NCBI GenBank assembly: GCA_964230865.1
Contig: CAXRJK010000024.1
Span: 3,246-67,245 of the forward strand
Reading direction: 5' to 3'
DNA length: 64,000 bases
Source of the DNA: Winogradskyella sp.
Lineage (GTDB): Bacteria > Fidelibacterota > Marinisomatia > Marinisomatales > AB-629-J13
The notes under the pieces were generated by a model that saw only the letters and a list, made by a program, of their open reading frames with translations, ran no database searches and was not told where the DNA came from. Shown here piece after piece: positions 30,081-39,445 of this stretch; positions within the stretch are counted from its first letter, which is position 1, and the number at the start of each line of letters is the position of its first letter. The position numbers and the translations under genes were made by a program.

Positions 30081-31243
30081 AACCGGTGAAACGGTGATAT
30101 CTTAATATTGATTTCATATCCGGAGAATTTTTCCCCTAAATCCAATTTTAGTTCCTCACAGCATTCAATGATTTTTGATTGGGTCATACCAATTTTTGTA
30201 TTTATTCCAAAAAGAATTAAATGATGATTTTCGGTTTCCACAACCCTGATATCGTGGATATCAGTTATACGTTCATCAACACTCCAGTTTTGATTTAAGT
30301 AGTTCTGTACTTTTTTCACTAATGGGTTACCAGGATGAACGGGATCAATGTGGACAGTGGGTCCAACTCCCAAAGCATCTACAAGCCGTTCCTCCACTTC
30401 TTCAGAGATATCATGAGCTACTGCGGTTGTTTCGTTTGCATCAACCTCTGCATGAAGACTCACAAATTTATCATGTCCGTAGCTGTGAACAGTAATATCA
30501 TGCACACCCAAAACTCCCTGGACACTCATAACAATATTGCGGATATTTTCAACTTCTTCTGTTGTTGGTGGCTTCCCGATCAAGTCGTCCACAGCATCTT
30601 TGGCAATCTCAAAGCCAGTATAAAGTAAAAAAACTGCAACTCCCAAACCCGCCCAACCATCAACAGAAGAATACCCAAATATTCCTGAAACCATAGCACC
30701 TACAACTAAAAGACTAGATAGTGCGTCTGAGCGGTGGTGCCAGGCATCTGCGTGAAGAGTCCCTGAAGCGATTAGCGAAGATAAATAATCTGCATACCTT
30801 GCTGTAATTTCTTTAATAACTACGGTTAAACTTAACACAGCTACCATCCACCATTTTACATTCACCAAATCTGGGTTTTTGATTCTGTGGATAGATGTTT
30901 CGATAATTTCAATACCTGCTACACAGAGTAAAATTGCAATGATCAGTGTAGAAATATACTCAGCTCTTCCGTGTCCGTATGGATGTTCAACATCGGCTGG
31001 TTTTTCTGCCTGTTTAAATCCCCAAATAACAATGGACGAGGTTACAACATCCGAAAATGTGTGAACAGCGTCCGCGATTAAACTCACTGCACCAATCATA
31101 AATCCTAATATAATTTTTATGATAAATAAAAGTCCATTGACGCCTACAGAGATCCATCCTTGAAACACTCCAACTCTGGCTCGATATATTTGTGCTGATT
31201 CCTTTGTTTTTGGGATGAATCGGTCTGTAATTGATTTAAACAT
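30077..31243 (-). CDS. cation diffusion facilitator (CDF) family metal efflux transporter
   Basis: DAVHTFSDVVTS (TM2) and DAWHHRSDALSS (TM5) metal-site motifs, plus a C-terminal cytoplasmic domain. 388 aa. Confidence 0.85.
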   Translation of the reverse strand: MFKSITDRFIPKTKESAQIYRARVGVFQGWISVGVNGLLFIIKIILGFMIGAVSLIADAVHTFSDVVTSSIVIWGFKQAEKPADVEHPYGHGRAEYISTLIIAILLCVAGIEIIETSIHRIKNPDLVNVKWWMVAVLSLTVVIKEITARYADYLSSLIASGTLHADAWHHRSDALSSLLVVGAMVSGIFGYSSVDGWAGLGVAVFLLYTGFEIAKDAVDDLIGKPPTTEEVENIRNIVMSVQGVLGVHDITVHSYGHDKFVSLHAEVDANETTAVAHDISEEVEERLVDALGVGPTVHIDPVHPGNPLVKKVQNYLNQNWSVDERITDIHDIRVVETENHHLILFGINTKIGMTQSKIIECCEELKLDLGEKFSGYEINIKISPFHRF

Positions 31244-31270
31244 GTGGACTTAAATTAATGATTGTTTTAC

Positions 31271-31284
31271 AAATAAACATATGT
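31271..31284. repeat. left copy of a 14-nt direct repeat (AAATAAACATATGT) flanking the DUF1643 gene
   Basis: 13/14 identity with 31919-31932. Both copies are intergenic. Confidence 0.3.
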
Positions 31285-31342
31285 TCACACTTATATTTTA
31301 GATGTCTAAATATTATAAAAACCTAGTTAACCAAATCAATAG

Positions 31343-31903
31343 ATGAAAAAACCCACATATAAGTATCCCGAATTTGTAACAAAAGTTGAATTAGATAGTG
31401 AAAACGGAAAACGTTATTGGCTGTCTTTGCAGATTGCTAAAAACAAAACAAGCGGAATAACTGTAATTTTAAAAAACCCAAGTCGAGCAAATGAAATAAT
31501 TTCTGATAAAACAGTATTTAACGTATGTAATTATATTCACAGAAATCGCAAAAAATATCCTGTGTTTAATGAAATTGGAGAAATAATAATACTTAATCTA
31601 ATACCAATATATATGACAGAATCACGCGGGTTAAAAGAATTTAAAAAGACAATTATTGATAAGAAGAATGTTCAGACTTTAAATAATTATTGCAAGAAAA
31701 ATAGGAATGTAATTATTGCCTGGGGAAATCATCCTAGGGGACTTTACAATGAATATGAGGTGCTAAAAAGTGAAACGAAAAGAATATTGATAAAGAATAA
31801 AAATAATGTACATTATGTGGATAGATTGACAAAAGATGGAAACCCAAAGCACGGACAGATTTGGGGTTACAAAAATAAATTAATAAAAGTACTAAAATTG
31901 TAA
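31343..31903 (+). CDS. DUF1643-family protein
   Basis: ITVILKNPSRANE near the N-terminus and DGNPKHGQIW near the C-terminus resemble DUF1643 signatures (from memory). Very AT-rich. Confidence 0.55.
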   Translation: MKKPTYKYPEFVTKVELDSENGKRYWLSLQIAKNKTSGITVILKNPSRANEIISDKTVFNVCNYIHRNRKKYPVFNEIGEIIILNLIPIYMTESRGLKEFKKTIIDKKNVQTLNNYCKKNRNVIIAWGNHPRGLYNEYEVLKSETKRILIKNKNNVHYVDRLTKDGNPKHGQIWGYKNKLIKVLKL

Positions 31904-31918
31904 CTATTTTGGATATAG

Positions 31919-31932
31919 AAATAAACACATGT
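31919..31932. repeat. right copy of the 14-nt direct repeat (AAATAAACACATGT)
   Basis: See 31271-31284. Confidence 0.3.
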
Positions 31933-32005
31933 AAAACTCAGCAAACGCAATATTGGGTTTAGTGGAAAGGCAATGCAACATATACAAGCCGTTATAAGTA
32001 ATTGA

Positions 32006-32536
32006 ATGAAAAAAATATTAGAAACAGACAGATTACTAATCAGAGAAATTTCTGAAGATGACTACGAAGGTTTGTTTCAATTACATTCAAATCCAATTGT
32101 CCAAAAATACACGGGTGAGTCACCAGTACAAACAATTTCTGAAATTATAAAAGGAACAAAAGAAAGAACATTTAATGACTATAAAACATATGGTTTTGGC
32201 AGATGGGCAGTAATTCTTAAATCAACAGATCAATTTACAGGTTGGGCCGGCTTAAAATATTTAACAAATTTTAATGAAATAGATCTGGGCTATAGATTTT
32301 TACCTGAATTTTGGGGAAGAGGTATAGCTACAGAGGTATCTAAAGCAATTATAAAATATGGTTTTGAAGTTCTAAATATTGAAAAAATTATTGCAGTTGC
32401 AATGGTTGAAAATACTGCTTCTATAAAAGTAATGGAAAAAGCAGGGATGATCTTTGATAAAAAAGCACCTTATGAGGAAGGTGCCGAAGATGACATTTGG
32501 TATAAGATAGAAAATAAAAATTATGAGAATGATTAA
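32006..32536 (+). CDS. GNAT family N-acetyltransferase (RimJ/RimL-like)
   Basis: LLIREISEDD..., acetyl-CoA motif WGRGIATEVSKAI. 176 aa. Confidence 0.75.
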   Translation: MKKILETDRLLIREISEDDYEGLFQLHSNPIVQKYTGESPVQTISEIIKGTKERTFNDYKTYGFGRWAVILKSTDQFTGWAGLKYLTNFNEIDLGYRFLPEFWGRGIATEVSKAIIKYGFEVLNIEKIIAVAMVENTASIKVMEKAGMIFDKKAPYEEGAEDDIWYKIENKNYEND

Positions 32537-32593
32537 ACTTAATGAGGGTAGAGAAAAAATATCAGTATTTAAATAATTTAGATCTGTTCATCT

Positions 32594-33649
32594 ATGTATA
32601 GAAGATTTTTTATAATCCTATTTTTGTTTCTATTATCTTGTAGTAGAGTTGATAACTCAAAAACGCTCTCGGTTACAAAAATTGCTTTTGGTTCATGTGG
32701 GTGGGAAAAACATCCGCTCCCAATATTTAATCATGTAGTTGACCACACCCCAAACATGTTTATTTTTTTGGGAGATAATATTTATGGTGACACACAAAAC
32801 ATGGATACACTAAGAGCTAAGTATAAGCGGTTAGGAAACAAAAAATCATATCAAAATATGAAAAAATATGTCCCCATTTATGCGGTATGGGATGACCACG
32901 ATTATGGCTGGAATGATATTGGGAAATATTATCCATTCAAAGAGGAATCAAAAGAAATATTTCTTGATTTTTTTGATGAACCATTGACCTCATCCCGCAG
33001 GGGACACGAAGGGATTTACCATTCTTTTATACAAAATTATGGCAACCACAAACTTCAAATTATCCTGTTGGATGGACGAACATTCAGGGATGATTTAAAA
33101 CCATACAATGGTGAATTTGATCATGAGGGGAGATACAGTTATTATCGCAAAGATTATGCTCCACATACAGACCAATCGCCTACACTTTTGGGAGAGGAAC
33201 AGTGGGATTGGTTAGAAAAGGAATTTAAAAAAGAAGCAGATGTTAGAATTGTTTGCACAGGCACTCAATTTGGAATTGAATGGAACGGATATGAGGCATG
33301 GGCAAACTTTCCTCATGAGCAGAAAAAAATGATTAATTTGATCAAATCTACCAAAGCTAATGGTGTGATATTTATTTCAGGAGACGTTCATTATTCCGAA
33401 ATATCCAAATTGGAAACTAATTTTTATCCCATCTTTGATTTTACTGCAAGTGGGCTTTCATCTACATGGTACTTTGCAACACCCAATAAAAATAGAATAG
33501 AAGGTCCGATAATGGATAATCATTTTGGATTAATCACGCTAATCTGGGATGCCCAAAATACAACAATAAAAATGGAAACCTGGGACATTAACAAAAACAA
33601 AAGAATTGACCACACTCTTCGCTTAAGTGATCTCCAATTTGATGAGTGA
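32594..33649 (+). CDS. PhoD-like metallophosphatase lipoprotein
   Basis: Lipobox FLLSC. GDNIYGD, WDDHDYGWND and SGDVHYSE metallophosphoesterase motifs. Confidence 0.75.
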   Translation: MYRRFFIILFLFLLSCSRVDNSKTLSVTKIAFGSCGWEKHPLPIFNHVVDHTPNMFIFLGDNIYGDTQNMDTLRAKYKRLGNKKSYQNMKKYVPIYAVWDDHDYGWNDIGKYYPFKEESKEIFLDFFDEPLTSSRRGHEGIYHSFIQNYGNHKLQIILLDGRTFRDDLKPYNGEFDHEGRYSYYRKDYAPHTDQSPTLLGEEQWDWLEKEFKKEADVRIVCTGTQFGIEWNGYEAWANFPHEQKKMINLIKSTKANGVIFISGDVHYSEISKLETNFYPIFDFTASGLSSTWYFATPNKNRIEGPIMDNHFGLITLIWDAQNTTIKMETWDINKNKRIDHTLRLSDLQFDE

Positions 33650-33920
33650 ATCAAATAAATGGAATTTATCTGATATTTTTTTCAGTTTTATTTTTTTTGT
33701 CTTGGGAGCTTTGAATATAATCTTTATTCATATTGTTCCTGGTTTGCTTTATGCTACTATAGCTTTAATTTATTTTCCAAATTATGATATACTCCTCAAA
33801 CAGCAATTGGGGATTACTTTTCCAAGGTCTGCAAAGATTATTTTTGGAGCTATCGTTATATGGGGAACCTTAGCTGTGGGAGACCTAATGGAATTATTTG
33901 AATCTTATTTGCTAAAATAA
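33642..33920 (+). CDS. small membrane protein, unknown function
   Basis: ATG 33642 overlaps the PhoD-like stop. Three hydrophobic segments. Confidence 0.4.
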   Translation: MSESNKWNLSDIFFSFIFFVLGALNIIFIHIVPGLLYATIALIYFPNYDILLKQQLGITFPRSAKIIFGAIVIWGTLAVGDLMELFESYLLK

Positions 33921-33932
33921 TTAGAATAAACT

Positions 33933-34886
33933 TTATTTGATTAGTCCTTTGATCTTATGGAGTTTATTTTCCCCTGCTCGAGCTAGTGCATATTCAAAGC
34001 TCCATTTGATACAAGCTGATCCAATCTCTCCATCCTTCCTAATTGCGATATAGGCAATCTGAAAATCGGGATTCCCTTTGTGGGCTGCAATAACACGGTT
34101 CAGGGCTTCTCTGCAAGCTGAGGTTGGGTCATATCCCTGACGCATTAGCTCTACCACCAAAAAACTTCCTGTAGTTTTGATGACTTCTTCCCCCAGTCCT
34201 GTTGCTGCTGCACATCCTATCTCGTTATCCACAAACAGTCCAGCACCGATGATAGGGCTGTCTCCTACTCTGCCATGGAGTTTATAGGCCCAGCCGCTGG
34301 TGGTGCATGCACCGGAAAGGTCACCATTCTTATCTTGAACCAACACTGAAATTGTGTCGTGAGTTTCATGGGGTGTCATATCTCGTTTTTCCTGGTTCCA
34401 TTTTTTCCATGCTTTTCTAGATTCATCAGTGAGAAGGTTCATCTCTTCAAATCCATTTGAAATTGCAAACTGCCGCGCTCCTTCACCTACCAGCATTACA
34501 TGTTTGGACTCTTCCATTACTTTTCGAGCAACCGAAACGGGATGTTTTATATTTTGTAGAAATGCCACGGACCCAGCATTTCCGTAAGAATCCATTACAC
34601 AAGCGTCCAGTGTGACATTTCCCTTCTCATCTGGTAATCCCCCAAATCCAACTGACGTGATCTCTGGATCCGCTTCCGGTACCATAGCTCCCGCTTCAGC
34701 TGCATCCATAGCTGATCCCCCATTTTGAAGAATTTTCCATGCTGATTCATTTGCAGGTAGCCCGTGCTCCCATGTCGAAAGTATGATTGGGTCATTTAAA
34801 TTGGACTTCATAGATTCACTACTCATAAGTATTGATGGTGCGGTTATACCGATAGCACTTGTTTTAAGAAAATCTCGTCGCTTCAT
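33933..34886 (-). CDS. Ntn-hydrolase glycosylasparaginase / isoaspartyl peptidase with a Tat signal
   Basis: Twin-arginine MKRRDFLKTSAIG. Autoprocessing/nucleophile site HDTISVLV. GAGLFVD and AAATGLGEE. Confidence 0.75.
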   Translation of the reverse strand: MKRRDFLKTSAIGITAPSILMSSESMKSNLNDPIILSTWEHGLPANESAWKILQNGGSAMDAAEAGAMVPEADPEITSVGFGGLPDEKGNVTLDACVMDSYGNAGSVAFLQNIKHPVSVARKVMEESKHVMLVGEGARQFAISNGFEEMNLLTDESRKAWKKWNQEKRDMTPHETHDTISVLVQDKNGDLSGACTTSGWAYKLHGRVGDSPIIGAGLFVDNEIGCAAATGLGEEVIKTTGSFLVVELMRQGYDPTSACREALNRVIAAHKGNPDFQIAYIAIRKDGEIGSACIKWSFEYALARAGENKLHKIKGLIK

Positions 34887-34927
34887 TAAAAAGCGGATAA
34901 ATTATTTGAACACAGATAATTTAATTT

Positions 34928-36100
34928 CTACGAATCGTAAGCAGCTATACCTGTCACATCCTGCCCTAATATCAGTGTATGCATCTCATGGGTGCCTTCG
35001 TAAGTATATACCGATTCAATATTGGCCATGTGGCGAATGGGTGAATAGTCCTCCGTAATACCGTTTGCCCCTAATATCTCTCTAGATGTTTTGGCGATAT
35101 CCCGTGCCATAGCACAGTTATTTCTCTTTGCCATGGAGACCTGCTGAAAGGTCATGGTTCCTTCATCTTTTAATCTTCCCAGTCGAAAGACCATTAGCTG
35201 GGCTTCAGTAATTTGTGTGACCATATCCGCTAGTTTGGCCTGAGTTAGCTGATATCCTGCTATAGGCTTGGAGAATTGTTTCCGGTCCTTGGAATAATCC
35301 AATGCTGTATTGTAGCAGTCTGTTGCAGCACCGACCATACCCCAAGAAATACCATAGCGTGCTTGAGTCAGGCAGCTCAAGGGGCCCTTCAATCCTTCTA
35401 TATTGGGTAGACGGGCCGAATCGGGAACCCGGACATTCTCCATGACCAGTTCGGAAGTAACTGAGGCCCGGAGGCTCAATTTTCCGTGCTGTCCCAGTGA
35501 GGAAAATCCTTCCATTCCTTTTTCCAATAAAAATCCTCTGACGATTCCTTCTTCATCTTTCGCCCACACTAGAGCAACATCAGCCAATGAACCGTTGGTA
35601 ATCCACATTTTATTGCCGCTGATAAGCCACTCATCGCCATCTCTTATGGCTTTTGTAGACATTCCCCCGGGATTAGATCCAAAGTTTGGTTCTGTGAGCC
35701 CAAAACAACCTATTTTTTCGCCGGAGCCCAAAGCCGGAAGCCATGTGGCTCTTTGTTCATCAGAGCCAAAGGCGTGGATGGGATACATGACCAATGCACC
35801 TTGTACACTGGCAAAGGAGCGGAGGCCTGAATCACCTCGCTCAAGTTCATGGAGGATCAAACCATAGGCCACATTACTTACGCCAGCGCCACCGCTCTCT
35901 TCCGGGAGTGATGAGCCCATAAACCCTAGTTCACCTAGCTTGGGAACTAGCTCCATTGGGAAAGTGGCTTTTTCATAATGAGCACTTATAAGTGGCATAA
36001 ATTCCGTTTGTACGAAATCATAGGCTGTTTGCTGTATGAGCAACTCTTCTTCCGAAAGTAAATCAGTTATATTGTAATAATCAGGGCCATATTGTTTCAT
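34928..36100 (-). CDS. gcdH: glutaryl-CoA dehydrogenase (acyl-CoA dehydrogenase family)
   Basis: GCFGLTEPNFGSNPGGM and the C-terminal YEGTHEMHTLILG. 390 aa. Confidence 0.8.
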   Translation of the reverse strand: MKQYGPDYYNITDLLSEEELLIQQTAYDFVQTEFMPLISAHYEKATFPMELVPKLGELGFMGSSLPEESGGAGVSNVAYGLILHELERGDSGLRSFASVQGALVMYPIHAFGSDEQRATWLPALGSGEKIGCFGLTEPNFGSNPGGMSTKAIRDGDEWLISGNKMWITNGSLADVALVWAKDEEGIVRGFLLEKGMEGFSSLGQHGKLSLRASVTSELVMENVRVPDSARLPNIEGLKGPLSCLTQARYGISWGMVGAATDCYNTALDYSKDRKQFSKPIAGYQLTQAKLADMVTQITEAQLMVFRLGRLKDEGTMTFQQVSMAKRNNCAMARDIAKTSREILGANGITEDYSPIRHMANIESVYTYEGTHEMHTLILGQDVTGIAAYDS

Positions 36101-36145
36101 AGTTTACCTTTAAAAATTGGAAGAGAAATTACGGTACTCTGAGGT

Positions 36146-37162
36146 TTATTTCGAAACGATCTCACGCTGACTATTCATACCCATAGAGATAAGATATGGG
36201 TCGGATTTCTGATGAGTGGAAAATGTAGATTTGGTGTCCACATCCATCCAACTATTTTTGATCATGATCTGTCCGATGGCACCACCGAGCGTATTACCTG
36301 GACCCAGCAAAACCAGTTTATCCGGACAAAATTCTTTCATAGATACGGTTAGGGCTGTAGAAAAATCATAGGCTTTAGTTACCTGATAGCCTAGTGTGTA
36401 TTGATGGAGCTCTGATATTTCTGTTGAAAAAGGCGACCATATATGCCCCCTACCATCCACCAATGGTATAGATGGTTTCTGAAAAAAAGATTGTGGTAGA
36501 GCACCCATCCCTTTTTTAGATATCTTATTCATTAGGGGTGTATGAAAGGCGGCATGAAGAGGCAGCTGAAAAGGATATTTATCAATAGTGGGTAGTATTT
36601 TCAAAAGCGATTCCAGAGCAGATTGCTCACCGCCAATGACCAAATATCCTCCAAGATGAATTGATACATGTGCACCAAATTTTTCAATTTCATTAAGGAC
36701 CATTTCTTTTTTTATTTCATCGACCTGCCAGCTCTCGCTAACAATGGGATAAATGATCTGTCCGCCTATGATACCGTTTATCATCATGGAGCCCATGGTG
36801 TGGATAAGGTGATAGGCATTTTTGTAGGACAAAGCACTACCTAAAGCCAGCGCAATATACCAGCCCATGGAATTACCAGTAACGGCCACAATCTCATATT
36901 TATTTTGATCAATAGATAGAAAATCTGATAAACTACAGCCGTATATCAGAGGAGAGGCATGTTCTCCCGCCATATGAATCTTTGCCTTGAAGGGTAGTCT
37001 ATCCAGATCAGTTAGCGTTGGAAGCCCAGCAGATTTTCTCTGTCCATCCATCCAGGAAATATGTTCCTGAGCTGGCTTGCAGTAGGTTTTCAGATAGCTA
37101 GATGTTTCCCGTGTATAGGATCCACGTCCAGGACAGATGACAACAATTCGTTTTTTAGCCAT
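36146..37162 (-). CDS. FabD-like acyltransferase (malonyl-CoA:ACP transacylase superfamily)
   Basis: VICPGRGSYT (compare FPGQGSQ), nucleophile elbow VTGNSMGWYIAL (GxSxG), HAAFHTPLM. 8-nt overlap with the upstream E1 gene. Confidence 0.65.
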   Translation of the reverse strand: MAKKRIVVICPGRGSYTRETSSYLKTYCKPAQEHISWMDGQRKSAGLPTLTDLDRLPFKAKIHMAGEHASPLIYGCSLSDFLSIDQNKYEIVAVTGNSMGWYIALALGSALSYKNAYHLIHTMGSMMINGIIGGQIIYPIVSESWQVDEIKKEMVLNEIEKFGAHVSIHLGGYLVIGGEQSALESLLKILPTIDKYPFQLPLHAAFHTPLMNKISKKGMGALPQSFFQKPSIPLVDGRGHIWSPFSTEISELHQYTLGYQVTKAYDFSTALTVSMKEFCPDKLVLLGPGNTLGGAIGQIMIKNSWMDVDTKSTFSTHQKSDPYLISMGMNSQREIVSK

Positions 37163-39368
37163 TAACTAACTCTATAGCGTGTTCGATTATGGATTCCCTG
37201 CTTGGGAGAGTGGCGGTGGCGGCAACCCCCAACGAAATGAAGCTATCTTCTGCTGCATGGAGCCTAATACTAAAGGAACCCTCCGATAGAGTGACCAACT
37301 GGCTCAGCAGCCCCTCTCCGTGACATCCCGTTCTCCGACATTCATCTACAATAAGAACATTTTTACAACCTCCTATTGCTTTCAATAGTTTTGGTATATT
37401 AATCTCAGAGAGCCATCGCAGATCTATCACCTGGATCTTTTTCTTCAGTATTTTTTCGATCTCCTTTTGAGCTTGAAGGGACAGATATAAACCATTTCCA
37501 TAAGTAATAATTGTGAGGCACTTTCCCTTTCCATAGACAGCAAACTCCCCAATTGGAATCTGTTCCATTATGTCAGGATATTGAAAGTTCCACTGGCCGT
37601 CCTTTGGCCCATGGAGGTCTTTGGTCATGTATAGCGCGATGGGCTCGACAAAGACTACCACTCTTCCATTTTGATATGCTTCCTGTACCGATGTACGCAG
37701 CATTTTCACAGCGTCAGCTCCATTGGATGGCACAGCCAAAATCACTCCAGGTATATCTCGGAATATAGCTAGTGAATTATCATTGTGGTAGTGGCCACCA
37801 AATCCCTTTTGATATGCCAGTCCCGGTATCCGTAATATCATGGGATTGGTGAACCTTCCCTTGGAGAAAAAGGCCAGTGTAGCGGCCTCACCGCGGAGTT
37901 GATCTTCTGCATTATGGAGATATGCCAGAAACTGAATTTCGGGGATGGGTATGAAACCATTGTGCCCGAAGCCGATGCCAAAACCAATTATGGATGTCTC
38001 ATCCAGCGGACTGTTAAAAACACGTCGAACACCAAACTGCTTATAGAGGTCGGCTGTTACATGATATACACCGCCCTTTTGCGCCACATCTTCCCCAAAA
38101 ACCAGTACATTTTTATAGCGCAGCATAATATCCGAGAGAGCGTAATTAATTAGTTTAGCCATATGCTGTGGATTTTCCATTCTTTTAAATTCTTTTCCAA
38201 AAAGAGTCTCTCGCTTTTTTTTATCAGGCTGGGGAGGTAGGGTCCTAGTCAGCTGATTTGCAGTGATGGTGGACATCACACTCTCAGCGCTAAGCAATTT
38301 CGGCCTCTGTGTTGCAGTATCAAAAACATGATTTATTTGATTACCGGTTGAATCATATAGGTTTAATATATCTTCTGAAGACAGGCATTGGTTTTCAATT
38401 AAAATCCGTGCAGAATGGAGCAGAGGATCATTGAACTCATCCTTTTCAATATCTGATAGAGACCTGTAGCCCACTTCAACATCAGAGCCCGCATGGCCCA
38501 TGAGACGTACTGTTTTCATATGAAGAAAAACTGGAGAACGATTAACTCGGCAATTTTGATCTGCCTGACGAGATTTGAGCATAAGGTCAATGAGGTGTAG
38601 CCCATCTGTTTGAATATAGTTCATTCCCCTTTGCTGATTAAAATTTTGTTCGATCCAGTGGTCATCTGTAGGAACAGAAATTCCGGTACCGTTATCTTCA
38701 CAAATAAAAACGATGGGGACATGGCCACCTTTGCTCTTGACCCAATTGGCTGTGTTAAAAGCACTTAGGGCGGTGGCATGGTTAACGGTAGCGTCCCCAA
38801 AGCTGCAGATTATTATGCTGTTTCCATCTAGCTCACGTTCACTGATATCCAAATCTCTAGCTCGATCAATTGAAAAAGCAGTGCCAACTGCTTTTGGTAA
38901 ATGGCTAGCTATTGTGCTGGTTTGGGGGGGGATATTTAGCTCTTTACTTCCGATAACCTTGTGGCGACCACCACTTATAGGATCTTCAGATGACGCCATA
39001 AAAGATAGAGCTAAATCATAGATTGGAGTTGACCCATTTACTTGCTTAGACCTCTCAATGAAAAAAGGGTTGGAGCGGTAGTGAAGAAAAGCCATATCTG
39101 TAAATGGAAATACATAGCCAAAAACAGCATTTCCTTCATGCCCGGAGCAACCTATCGTATAGAAACATTTCCCCTTTTCTTTCAATAGCCGCGCCTTGAG
39201 ATCCATGTGGCGACTTAAAACCTGTGATTCAAATATAGATATTAGTTCGGAAGGTCTAATATCAGTTTGAGACAATTTTACCTGTGTCCTTGCCTGGGGA
39301 AGATTGCCAGACTTTACATTGGAAGAAAAGTTGGCATCGATTACTTCAGCTCTGTTAAATAAGAACAT
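37155..39368 (-). CDS. fused E1 alpha-beta thiamine-diphosphate-dependent 2-oxoacid dehydrogenase/decarboxylase component
   Basis: N-half TPP motif SFGDATVNH...FICEDNGTGIS. C-half transketolase-like pyrimidine-binding region (VFGEDVAQKGGVYHVT, FNSPLDETSIIGFGIG). 737 aa. No E2/E3 gene adjacent. Confidence 0.75.
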   Translation of the reverse strand: MFLFNRAEVIDANFSSNVKSGNLPQARTQVKLSQTDIRPSELISIFESQVLSRHMDLKARLLKEKGKCFYTIGCSGHEGNAVFGYVFPFTDMAFLHYRSNPFFIERSKQVNGSTPIYDLALSFMASSEDPISGGRHKVIGSKELNIPPQTSTIASHLPKAVGTAFSIDRARDLDISERELDGNSIIICSFGDATVNHATALSAFNTANWVKSKGGHVPIVFICEDNGTGISVPTDDHWIEQNFNQQRGMNYIQTDGLHLIDLMLKSRQADQNCRVNRSPVFLHMKTVRLMGHAGSDVEVGYRSLSDIEKDEFNDPLLHSARILIENQCLSSEDILNLYDSTGNQINHVFDTATQRPKLLSAESVMSTITANQLTRTLPPQPDKKKRETLFGKEFKRMENPQHMAKLINYALSDIMLRYKNVLVFGEDVAQKGGVYHVTADLYKQFGVRRVFNSPLDETSIIGFGIGFGHNGFIPIPEIQFLAYLHNAEDQLRGEAATLAFFSKGRFTNPMILRIPGLAYQKGFGGHYHNDNSLAIFRDIPGVILAVPSNGADAVKMLRTSVQEAYQNGRVVVFVEPIALYMTKDLHGPKDGQWNFQYPDIMEQIPIGEFAVYGKGKCLTIITYGNGLYLSLQAQKEIEKILKKKIQVIDLRWLSEINIPKLLKAIGGCKNVLIVDECRRTGCHGEGLLSQLVTLSEGSFSIRLHAAEDSFISLGVAATATLPSRESIIEHAIELVNG

Positions 39369-39445
39369 TTTAATTATTGTCAGAGATCAAAGAAGTTAAT
39401 AAATATTTTTTTGTATATGCCTCTTTGTACTCTGTGTATCCGAAG

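Noticed and set aside
35403-35867. 154-aa plus-strand ORF inside gcdH.
   Set aside because: It is a shadow ORF on the antisense strand of a well-supported, GC-richer conserved gene. The translation is Pro/Ser/Arg-rich with no recognisable motif.
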